64,000 bases of DNA from a virus, in IMG/VR virus record IMGVR_UViG_3300012848_000031. One strand, given 5' to 3'. The notes under the pieces were generated by a model. That model was not told the origin of the DNA and did not search any database. It saw only the letters and a list, made by a program, of their open reading frames with translations. This document shows, piece after piece, positions 46,122 through 53,581 of the stretch. Made by a program: the position numbers and the translations under genes. Numbering within the stretch: the first letter of the stretch is position 1; every line of letters starts with the position of its first letter.

Positions 46122-46667
46122 GTGATGGACTATTTTTACTCGAAGACGACGCGCGGCTTCTATACGAAGGAGCTGCACGGCGAAGCGATCCCCGGCGATG
46201 CCGTTCCAGTGAGCGAGCAACAGCACGCCGGGCTGATGCAGGGCCAGAACAACGGCCAGCAGATCGTCCCGGATGAGCAAGGCCGGCCGGTGCTGCAGGT
46301 ACGTTCCGCCGCGGATCACATCGCTCGCATGACCGCGGCGATCAATGGTGAGCGCGACCGCCGCGTCGCCTCGAGCGGCTACCAGGTCAACGATAACTGG
46401 TATCCATCCGATGCGCTGTCCCGCGCGCAGCAGATGGCCTTCGTCATGATGGGCGCGAACATGCCACCAGATCTGCGTGTGCCGACGCTCAATGGTGCGG
46501 TGGTCCGCATGACCACTGTACTCGCCCAGCAGATCCTTGCGGCTGCGGCGGCAAGCGATGCGGCGCATTTCACGGCCGCGCAGGTTCACATCGCAGCGAT
46601 GGGGGCGAGCCCGGATCCTGCGCGATACGACTTCTCCAACGGCTGGCCAAAGGGCTTCGCAGGCTAA
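46122..46667 (+). CDS. Tail fibre assembly protein
   Basis: YFYS.TT.GFY, L..GQ..G..I.PD..G.PVL. Confidence 0.75.
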   Translation: MMDYFYSKTTRGFYTKELHGEAIPGDAVPVSEQQHAGLMQGQNNGQQIVPDEQGRPVLQVRSAADHIARMTAAINGERDRRVASSGYQVNDNWYPSDALSRAQQMAFVMMGANMPPDLRVPTLNGAVVRMTTVLAQQILAAAAASDAAHFTAAQVHIAAMGASPDPARYDFSNGWPKGFAG

Positions 46668-46680
46668 GAAAGGACAATGC

Positions 46681-46893
46681 GTGACCAGTGAAACGAAGTT
46701 CGACGTCCCACTCTCCGACCGCCAGATCGAGGCCATCGCCGAGCGCGCCGCAGAGAAGGCGCTCGAGAAGGTCTACGCCCAGGTCGGCAAGAGCGTGCTC
46801 ATCAAGGCGGCCTGGCTCGTTGGCCTGGTCGTCACCGGGCTACTGCTCTGGCTTGGCGGGAAAGGCTTCATCAAGCCGCCAACCATCCCGTAA
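46681..46893 (+). CDS. Small membrane protein (holin/antiholin-like)
   Basis: One C-terminal TM helix; precedes endolysin. Confidence 0.6.
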   Translation: MTSETKFDVPLSDRQIEAIAERAAEKALEKVYAQVGKSVLIKAAWLVGLVVTGLLLWLGGKGFIKPPTIP

Positions 46894-46907
46894 CGGGAGA
46901 TACCACT

Positions 46908-47453
46908 ATGAGTGCGTTCGATCGGGCCTTCGAGATCACCGTCGGTGTCGAGGGCGACTACTCAGACGACGCCACAGACCGTGGTGGCAAGACGCGGTTC
47001 GGCATCACCGAGCGCGTCGCGCGAGCACATGGTTATAGCGGGGACATGCGCTTGCTGCCCTTCGGCTTCGCGCGCGATATCTACCGCGATAGCTGGTGGA
47101 ACCTGATGCGGCTCGATCAGGTCGCGGGTGTGTCCGAACCCGTTGCGCGCGAGCTCTTCGATACGGGCGTCAACCGTGGCCAGTCCGTTGCCGTCATCTA
47201 CCTGCAGCGCCTGCTGAACGTCTTCAATAACAACGAGCAGTGGTACGCAGACATCACCACGGACGGGCTGATGGGCGCGCTCACGATCGCCGCGCTGCGC
47301 GCCTATCTCGCCCGACGCGGGAAAGAGGGCGAGCGGGTGCTGCTCGTGATGCTCAACGCCCTGCAGGGAAATGGGTACGTCGAGATCGCCGAGCGTGACA
47401 AGACTCAGGAGCGCTTTGTCTACGGGTGGGCGAAGGAGCGCGTGACGCCATGA
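46908..47453 (+). CDS. Endolysin, glycoside hydrolase family 108 with PG-binding domain
   Basis: EG.YSDD..DRGG.T.FGIT, FD.GVN.G, LQRLLN, F..GW. Confidence 0.88.
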   Translation: MSAFDRAFEITVGVEGDYSDDATDRGGKTRFGITERVARAHGYSGDMRLLPFGFARDIYRDSWWNLMRLDQVAGVSEPVARELFDTGVNRGQSVAVIYLQRLLNVFNNNEQWYADITTDGLMGALTIAALRAYLARRGKEGERVLLVMLNALQGNGYVEIAERDKTQERFVYGWAKERVTP

Positions 47454-47686
47454 TCTCGCAGCAATCGACCGAGCGCCTCGTCGGCTTCGCACAGATCACC
47501 CTGTCGCTGCTCTTCCTGCTGGGATACTTCGCGGTCCTGATCCTGTTCCTGCTGGGCCATGTGAAGACGGCTCCCGAGTGGCGCGATGCGCTGATCGCGC
47601 TGCTCGGCGTCATCACCGGCGCGGTCGGCACGATCATGGCCTTTTGGTTCTCTCGTGGGCGGCCGCGGGAGGCCGGGCAGCAGTGA
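47450..47686 (+). CDS. Holin (2 TM)
   Basis: Two hydrophobic helices, FWFS C-terminus. Confidence 0.7.
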   Translation: MISQQSTERLVGFAQITLSLLFLLGYFAVLILFLLGHVKTAPEWRDALIALLGVITGAVGTIMAFWFSRGRPREAGQQ

Positions 47687-48156
47687 TGTCGATCCTCGCC
47701 AGCATTTTCGGCAAAGCACTGGCCGCGCGGCTCGCGCCGTTCGTGCCAGCGATCGGCGTCGTCCTCCTGGTCATCGCGCTCCTGTTCTTCCTCTGGCTCG
47801 GCTTTGATCGCTGGCGCGACTCGCTCTTTCACGCCGGCGAGCTCGCCGAGCGGGCGAAGTGGGAAGCGCTCGACCTGGCGGTGAGGGCACGCAATGCCGA
47901 GGTCCGTGCGGCCCGCACCGAGGCCGCCCTCGAGGAGTCCCGCCGGAACGCCGCCACGAACGAGAGCCTGAAAGAGCTTGCCCAGGATCTCGTATCCCGC
48001 ATCGCTGCCCGCAATCGAGATCTCGAGCGCGCCTGGGCCGTCACTACCGGAGAACTTTTCGATGCACCGATGCCGCCTGACGACTGTCGCCTTGTCGTGT
48101 CTGATCGCTTCGTGCGCGAGCACGATTCAGCGGGGCGTGACGGCGCCCGAGACTGA
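47686..48156 (+). CDS. i-spanin (Rz-like)
   Basis: N-terminal TM plus coiled coil. Confidence 0.65.
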   Translation: MSILASIFGKALAARLAPFVPAIGVVLLVIALLFFLWLGFDRWRDSLFHAGELAERAKWEALDLAVRARNAEVRAARTEAALEESRRNAATNESLKELAQDLVSRIAARNRDLERAWAVTTGELFDAPMPPDDCRLVVSDRFVREHDSAGRDGARD

Positions 48157-48376
48157 GTGTCCGAAGCCTGCCGTCCAGGTGCGGTGTCCGATCGAGGTGC
48201 TGCAGGTCCCGCCGCTCGAGCTCATCGACATCGGCGACCGGGCCGCCTTCAACCGGCTCCGCGTCAACGAGCAGCTCGCGCGGCTCTGGTATCTCGACAT
48301 CCATCACCGCATCGAAGCCGCCGATCTGCACGATCGCCTGGAGCAGGCCGTCTCCTGCATCAGGTCGTTACAGTGA
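48062..48376 (+). CDS. o-spanin lipoprotein (Rz1-like)
   Basis: Lipobox-like LIASC; overlaps 3' end of Rz-like gene; Pro-rich. Confidence 0.6.
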   Translation: MHRCRLTTVALSCLIASCASTIQRGVTAPETECPKPAVQVRCPIEVLQVPPLELIDIGDRAAFNRLRVNEQLARLWYLDIHHRIEAADLHDRLEQAVSCIRSLQ

Positions 48377-48385
48377 CCGCCCACG

Positions 48386-48667
48386 TCAGAGCACCGGCGC
48401 GCCCTCGGTGGCGTTGCCGAATATCTGGAGTCGCGCCTCCCGCGTCTCGCGCGATGAAATCAGCAGACACCAGTACTCCCAGAGCGCCGGGTCCATGCGC
48501 CGCTGTCCGCCCTCCCAGTCCTGCCACGAGCGCAGCGTGCGGTAGATCAGCGCAGCGGCCTGCGTCTGCGTCAGCTCCGCCTCTTCGCGGGTCTGTGCGA
48601 TCTCGGCGGGGGTGGGGTTGCGTCCCGGAGCCTTGCGGCGCCGGGAACGGTTGGGATGTGAAGTCAT
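48386..48667 (-). CDS. XRE-family HTH protein
   Basis: ELTQTQAAALIYRTLRSWQDWEGGQRRM. Confidence 0.8.
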   Translation of the reverse strand: MTSHPNRSRRRKAPGRNPTPAEIAQTREEAELTQTQAAALIYRTLRSWQDWEGGQRRMDPALWEYWCLLISSRETREARLQIFGNATEGAPVL

Positions 48668-49008
48668 TCAATCCTCACTGACGGTAGCGCCCGGGCACGT
48701 CGAGCCGATGCACTCGTCGGCCAGTCCTCGCCGGCGAGCCATCGCCTGATTGTGCGATCGCTGACGCGGAGCGCCTGGGCGATCGCTCGGAGTGAGCGGC
48801 CACGATCCAGTGCCACGCGCACTCGAGCGACAACGGCTCGTTGCTCCTTCGGCCCGATGGTGCTGCGACGTTTGCCAAGCGGCCAATGCCCACGGCCGTC
48901 CTTCCGCTGGCTCACCGGAGTCTTCTTGCGGGCGCTCACTGGGATCAGCGAGGCGCGAACGCCGAACTTGCGCGTGATGAGCATGGCGGTCACTGGGCGC
49001 GCGCTCAC
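48664..49008 (-). CDS. HTH protein
   Basis: GRSLRAIAQALRVSDRTIRRWLAG. Confidence 0.7.
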   Translation of the reverse strand: MSARPVTAMLITRKFGVRASLIPVSARKKTPVSQRKDGRGHWPLGKRRSTIGPKEQRAVVARVRVALDRGRSLRAIAQALRVSDRTIRRWLAGEDWPTSASARRARALPSVRIE

Positions 49009-49283
49009 CAGCGGAGCCGATCGGTTGGCATCCCCCCGGGCGGGATGTACATCACGCCGCAGACGCGGTGGGCGTTCACATACACGGCGCGCACGAACTT
49101 GCCGGCAGAACGGCGAGCCTGCTCTTCCAGCTCTTGGAGCATTGCCTCTCCTTCACACGCGGGTACGTATTGGCCCTCGAAATCGGACCCCGCATACTTG
49201 TCCTGCGCGATGGCGCCGAGCACGTGCTCCCGCAGCGATTTGGTCACGCGACCCGTCGCGGTGTCGAGTTCGTAGTACAGCAT
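49005..49283 (-). CDS. Hypothetical protein
   Basis: ATG 49283 after GGAG. Confidence 0.6.
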   Translation of the reverse strand: MLYYELDTATGRVTKSLREHVLGAIAQDKYAGSDFEGQYVPACEGEAMLQELEEQARRSAGKFVRAVYVNAHRVCGVMYIPPGGMPTDRLRW

Positions 49284-49285
49284 CG

Positions 49286-49549
49286 TTAGCTCCCGATGGC
49301 CGCGTCGTGCTCGCGCGCCAGGCGCTCCCCATCGGGCAGCTCGCGAGTGAGGGCGTAGTACCCTGAGCGGCCCGGCTCGGACCAGTGCGCGCCCCATCCA
49401 GTGATCTCAGCCATATAGGGCGTGACGTGTGCAGTGTGACCGCCCCGGTCGCCGTGTCCGAAATCCTGCTCGCTCACGATGACGTGATCGCCGACTTTAA
49501 GGCGGGAATCCTGAGAAACACGGATTGCTTGCTCACGCGGCTTGTCCAT
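49286..49549 (-). CDS. Hypothetical protein
   Basis: ATG 49549 after GGAGGG. Confidence 0.6.
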   Translation of the reverse strand: MDKPREQAIRVSQDSRLKVGDHVIVSEQDFGHGDRGGHTAHVTPYMAEITGWGAHWSEPGRSGYYALTRELPDGERLAREHDAAIGS

Positions 49550-49610
49550 TTCGTCCCTCCGAGCCCCTGATCTGCGAGGCGCCAGCGGTAGTGCATCTAC
49601 CGTGAGCGAG

Positions 49611-49649
49611 AGAGTACACGCATTGCGTGCAGTACGCAAGGTGCGTGTA
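49611..49649 (-). promoter_or_regulatory. Sigma70-like promoter within a palindrome
   Basis: TTGCGT(49639-49634)-17 bp-TACTCT(49616-49611); inverted repeat TACACGCA-TTGCGT...ACGCAA-GG-TGCGTGTA. Confidence 0.65.
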
Positions 49650-49952
49650 TTAGCGCGACCACGCCCCCGGCTCCGGCCTGAACATCGGCGCATCCGGGTG
49701 CACGCGCTGGATCACGACCTGATGCCGCTCGCCTGCGCGCCGGCAGAAATAGAGCGGGATCGTCCCGGGCAACTCCTCCACCTCCCATCCCTCGCCGATG
49801 CTCCTCGCCATTTCCTCGATCATCACCATGCGCGGGTCTGTGTGCGGCGGTAACTCGCGAGCTCTCACGGCCTCGTGGTACTCGTTGTATTCCACGAGCC
49901 AGGTGGCCTCAGGCACGGGCTGCATGGCGTCGTGGCGGGTTCGTCGTCTCAT
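49650..49952 (-). CDS. Hypothetical protein
   Basis: ORF with coding-like codon bias. Confidence 0.55.
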   Translation of the reverse strand: MRRRTRHDAMQPVPEATWLVEYNEYHEAVRARELPPHTDPRMVMIEEMARSIGEGWEVEELPGTIPLYFCRRAGERHQVVIQRVHPDAPMFRPEPGAWSR

Positions 49953-50059
49953 GGTCGCGGAGCCTGCCCGGGCGGCCAGTAGCCCGTCCAGCCAGTGAGG
50001 ATTCTTAACGACGCTGTATAGCCGCCCAATCTGCGACGGCTATGCTACGCAGCTTTCCG

Positions 50060-50323
50060 TCACGTCACACAGGAGGTGACAAGCCAGCCGATACCGATCA
50101 GCAGCACACCGCAGATAGTCGCGACCGCCCAGCGCGGAACGGCTGGCGCGTTCTCGTGGCCGCATTGAGAGCAGATCCAGGCACGACCAGGGATAGCGAG
50201 CTCAACTGTCCCGCATCCGGCACAGCCGCGGAAGCGCCGCGCGTCTGACGTTGCTCCAGGTGATTTCTGTTCCTTCTCATCAGGTAGGGTTGGCGTGCCA
50301 CCTGCGTTCTGCGTGGGGCGCAT
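50060..50323 (-). CDS. Zn-ribbon membrane protein
   Basis: CAGC...CSQC plus C-terminal TM; GGAG RBS. Confidence 0.55.
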   Translation of the reverse strand: MRPTQNAGGTPTLPDEKEQKSPGATSDARRFRGCAGCGTVELAIPGRAWICSQCGHENAPAVPRWAVATICGVLLIGIGWLVTSCVT

Positions 50324-50432
50324 TCTTGTTCTCCATGGCTTTGCCGCCCGAGAGCTTCGGGCACGAGCATCGGGTGAAGTCGTGCCGCATCAGGCGCCCC
50401 TCCTGATGAGCGCCACGGGCCGCCGCAGAACC

Positions 50433-51998
50433 CTAGAGCGGTGGATGGCAGAGAACCCTGCCCCCGCTACCACACGTTCCTGTACTTGACAAAAGTGCAG
50501 AGGCGTGGCTCCAGCTCCAGTGCGCCATCAGGCCGCCACCAATCTCCGGCACCAGCCGGACCTCGCCGTTGAAGGCATCCCGCAGGATCACGCGTGCCTT
50601 GAGCGAGGCCCTAGAATCGCCGGCCAGCGCCGCAGTGATCTCCCGGCGAGCCACCTCGGCGGCCTTTGGGAGCATGGAAAGGACCCTGGCTGTCTTCTTC
50701 GCCGCCGGCTGCTGCGCGAGCAGCTCGCGGCGCTTGCCCTCAGCCAGGTCGATGGCCGCCTGCAACTCATCGGGCGTCATGTCGGGATCTCCATCTTTCA
50801 GGCGGGCACGCAGCCGTCCGATTCGTGCCTCGACGTCCTGGACTTCCCGGGGAGCCGTTTGCGTGCGACTCGCAGCGGCACGCTGCTGCTCGGCATACAC
50901 CGCCCGCATCTTCTCCGCGATCCGCCTCACGCTGTCCGGCCCGAGGTCCTCTCGGAGGCGACCCAGGAGCACATCCTCAGCCCGTTTGCGCCGGATGCGC
51001 ACGCCGTTCCCGCACAACCCGCCGCCGATGTGGTTCGAGCATGCGTAGCTGTGCGCATCCGCGATGACGTAGTGCGCCCCGCACGAATCGCACTTCAGGA
51101 GCCCCGACAGCAAATACTTGGGAGTACCGCCTGACGAGCGCTGCTCTGTGGCTGGGCGAAATCGCTTTTGCGCTCGCGCGAAGAGCTCATCGCTGACGAT
51201 CCGTAGCGACTCATCGTGATGAACGATCCACTCCGAGCGTGGCCGCGCAACGCGCTTGCGCTTCCCCGTGTCCGGATCCTTTCGCCACTCGCTCGTGTTC
51301 CAGTGGATCGCGCCGGTGTACCGCTCGTTGGTCAAAATTGCGCGGACGCCCGATCCCATCCAGCCAGCGGCACGGCGCACCGAGCGGTTCCAACTCGCAC
51401 CCGGTGAAGGAATCCGGCGAGCGTTAAGGTCGCTGGCGATAGTTCGGCAGCTCTCGCCATCGGCGAACCGGCCGAAGATCTCGCGCACGATGAAGGCCTC
51501 GCCCTTATCCACCTTGCCGTCGCGATATCCGTACGCGCGGCCGCCGGTCGGCTTGTGTTCCTTTGCGCGGCTCTCGAGCGCGGCGTACGTGCGGTCTTTC
51601 ACCATGTCGCGAAACGCCTCGCCGATGATCCCGGACAGTCCGGCCTGCAGCTTGTGACCGCGGCGGTTCGAGTCGTAGCCGTCCTGCACGCCGATGACGC
51701 GGATGCCTTTCGCGACCATCCGGTCGATCATCTTCGCAAGATCGCCCGTTGAGCGGCTCAGACGCGACAGGTCGGTGACGAGCACGACATCGAAACGGCG
51801 GGCGAGCGCAGCCTCCTGCAGGCGAAGCACGCCAGGTCGGTTGCCGAGGGCGGCGCCGCTGATACCTTCGTCGCTGAACTGTTCGACTACGCGCCAGCCT
51901 TCACGCGCGGCGTGCTCGACGCACACGCGCTGCTGATCAGTGATGCTGCTCTCGTTCTGACGATCGGTGCTGAAGCGGGTGTAGATAGTAGCTTTCAT
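50433..51998 (-). CDS. Large serine recombinase (integrase 2)
   Basis: IYTRFSTDRQ, DLSRLSR, recombinase domain, LLSGLLKCDSCG...Y.C, coiled coil. Confidence 0.95.
   Translation of the reverse strand: MKATIYTRFSTDRQNESSITDQQRVCVEHAAREGWRVVEQFSDEGISGAALGNRPGVLRLQEAALARRFDVVLVTDLSRLSRSTGDLAKMIDRMVAKGIRVIGVQDGYDSNRRGHKLQAGLSGIIGEAFRDMVKDRTYAALESRAKEHKPTGGRAYGYRDGKVDKGEAFIVREIFGRFADGESCRTIASDLNARRIPSPGASWNRSVRRAAGWMGSGVRAILTNERYTGAIHWNTSEWRKDPDTGKRKRVARPRSEWIVHHDESLRIVSDELFARAQKRFRPATEQRSSGGTPKYLLSGLLKCDSCGAHYVIADAHSYACSNHIGGGLCGNGVRIRRKRAEDVLLGRLREDLGPDSVRRIAEKMRAVYAEQQRAAASRTQTAPREVQDVEARIGRLRARLKDGDPDMTPDELQAAIDLAEGKRRELLAQQPAAKKTARVLSMLPKAAEVARREITAALAGDSRASLKARVILRDAFNGEVRLVPEIGGGLMAHWSWSHASALLSSTGTCGSGGRVLCHPPL
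50457..50472 (+). other. tRNA-3'-end-like sequence, candidate att junction
   Basis: CCTGCCCCCGCTACCA, within the last codons of integrase 2 (GSGGRV). Confidence 0.5.
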
Positions 51999-52342
51999 TC
52001 CGAAGCTCTCCGGCGCTCGATCTCCGCGCCTAGTTGGCCCTGTACATTCTTGCGCGCGCCGGACGCCATATCCGCTGATATTCGGTCGAACAACTCGGAA
52101 TAAGCCAACAACTCGACAACGCTTGCGTTACGCGGTGCCTTGTAAGTGGTAAGGAAGGAATGGAGGTTCACGTGATACTCGCGACCCAACCCATCGCCGG
52201 GACCTTGCATGATCGCAAGCGCCAAGGCATCGCCTCTTGAAGTCACAGCGCCCAGCCGCTCCAAAAAACCGCGAACATACTGCTTGCGTGCGTGGTGTTC
52301 GGCACGCCGTTCTTCGGTTGTCTTTTGTCGCGCCATGATCAC
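51995..52342 (-). CDS. Hypothetical protein
   Basis: ATGA-coupled to integrase; lower GC. Confidence 0.65.
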   Translation of the reverse strand: MIMARQKTTEERRAEHHARKQYVRGFLERLGAVTSRGDALALAIMQGPGDGLGREYHVNLHSFLTTYKAPRNASVVELLAYSELFDRISADMASGARKNVQGQLGAEIERRRASE

Positions 52343-52521
52343 TTCGCCTTCCGATACATCGCGAGCACGATGTCGACGCCCTCACGGATGTACGCCTGTT
52401 GCGGGACGCGCGTCGCGGCGCTCAGCGCTTTGAGTCCTTCGGCCTGCTCAGGGTCCAGATATGCCTGAACCGGTATCTTCTTCAATCGCAGGGTGTTTCG
52501 CTTTGTCTTCTTACGGGCCAC
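52339..52521 (-). CDS. Ribbon-helix-helix (CopG-like) regulator
   Basis: VQAYLDPEQAEGLKALSAATRVPQQAYIREGVD. Confidence 0.75.
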   Translation of the reverse strand: MARKKTKRNTLRLKKIPVQAYLDPEQAEGLKALSAATRVPQQAYIREGVDIVLAMYRKAK

Positions 52522-52537
52522 TGATGCGCCTTTGCAT

Positions 52538-52561
52538 TGCCACCACGTGCTAATGGTAGCA
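52538..52561. promoter_or_regulatory. Inverted repeat in divergent intergenic region
   Basis: TGCCACCA-N8-TGGTAGCA. Confidence 0.45.
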
Positions 52562-52570
52562 TAAGGAACT

Positions 52571-53146
52571 ATGAAGTCCAGGCGGTTTGACCGGGGCACG
52601 CCGATGAAGAAGAAAAACGTTCGAGTGAAGGTAGTTCAGTTGTCGGGCGGCAGGAGCGTGCGCGTCTGCGTCGCGCCTGATCTGATGCCGAACAAGTACG
52701 GGACCGCGTATACCCGCACCAAGCCGGCCGGGGGCGGATGGATCGTCGAGATCTTCGATATGCCGCCTGAGCAATTGATTGGTAATTACTTGGCTTTGCG
52801 ATCAAGGGGCCTTCCAGTGGAGGGCTTGCAAACGGAGATCGACGCGCTACTACGGCGATGGCTCAACGGAACTGATGCACGCACCGTCTTCTATCGTGAA
52901 AAGCAAAAGCGGAACATACGCTCGCCGGGGGAAAAGTTGGGCATGGCTATGTGCGCCGAAGTCATGCGACTCACTTCTAAGGGCATCGTTGAGGCTGAGG
53001 CCAAACGGGCCGTAGCCGACGCGTTTGGCGCGGAGGTTCGGACGGTCCAACGGCATTTCGCTCAGTATCAACCGAAGCTTGCACAGCAAGTCGACTTTAT
53101 GGGGGTCTACACGAAGAGGCTCATGTTCCGACGAGCGTTGGACTGA
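52571..53146 (+). CDS. Protein with C-terminal HTH (regulator)
   Basis: AEAKRAVADAFGAEVRTVQRHF. Confidence 0.6.
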   Translation: MKSRRFDRGTPMKKKNVRVKVVQLSGGRSVRVCVAPDLMPNKYGTAYTRTKPAGGGWIVEIFDMPPEQLIGNYLALRSRGLPVEGLQTEIDALLRRWLNGTDARTVFYREKQKRNIRSPGEKLGMAMCAEVMRLTSKGIVEAEAKRAVADAFGAEVRTVQRHFAQYQPKLAQQVDFMGVYTKRLMFRRALD

Positions 53147-53228
53147 ATCTGCGACACGAGATTTGTCAATAATTCTGTCGCGCCACCCAGAACGCTGACT
53201 ACTAACGTCCCACGTACCTAGGAGATAC

Positions 53229-53432
53229 GTGGACGAAATAGTGTATTTCTCGCTGGCCGTCGCAGCCGTGCGGATCGATCCGATACGCCCCCCGAGCATC
53301 GACACGATGCGTCGGTGGCATGACACCATTCACGGGCCGCGCGACACCTACGGACGGCGCATCTGGACGCCGGAGATCTGCGAGGCCGTCTGCCAAGCGC
53401 GTCTTGCCGCGCGGAACACGTCCACTACGTGA
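53229..53432 (+). CDS. Excisionase/AlpA-like small HTH protein
   Basis: SIDTMRRW...RDTYGRRIWT (MerR-type wing); GGAG RBS. Confidence 0.6.
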   Translation: MDEIVYFSLAVAAVRIDPIRPPSIDTMRRWHDTIHGPRDTYGRRIWTPEICEAVCQARLAARNTSTT

Positions 53433-53581
53433 GTTCCGCCGCATCGTTCCTTACGCCGGCCCAGCTCGACGAACTCGAGTGGGCCATCGCGCGCGCGGCA
53501 GTGCAGCGACTGATCAACGAAGCATCCGAAAACGAAAACGCCCCGCAGGACCGGCCAGGTGACTGCGGGGCGCGCGGATGA
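53429..53581 (+). CDS. Small protein coupled to helicase
   Basis: GTGA and ATGA overlaps; LEWAIARAAVQRL. Confidence 0.45.
   Translation: MSSAASFLTPAQLDELEWAIARAAVQRLINEASENENAPQDRPGDCGARG
53528..53572 (-). terminator. Hairpin with minus-strand T tail
   Basis: CGCCCCGCAG (53539-53548) / CTGCGGGGCG (53563-53572), minus-strand tail TTTTCGTTTT. Confidence 0.5.

Larger units (their letters stand above)
1..50450. mobile_element. Temperate myovirus prophage (left end outside window; right end approximate)
   Basis: Canonical order: integrase, early-left genes, cI/cro, replication, terminase, portal, capsid, sheath/tube/baseplate, lysis; genes tightly coupled by overlapping stop/start codons. Confidence 0.93.

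Noticed and set aside
50400-50472. Complete tRNA gene
   Set aside because: Only the last 16 nt are tRNA-like; upstream sequence does not form D, anticodon or T arms.
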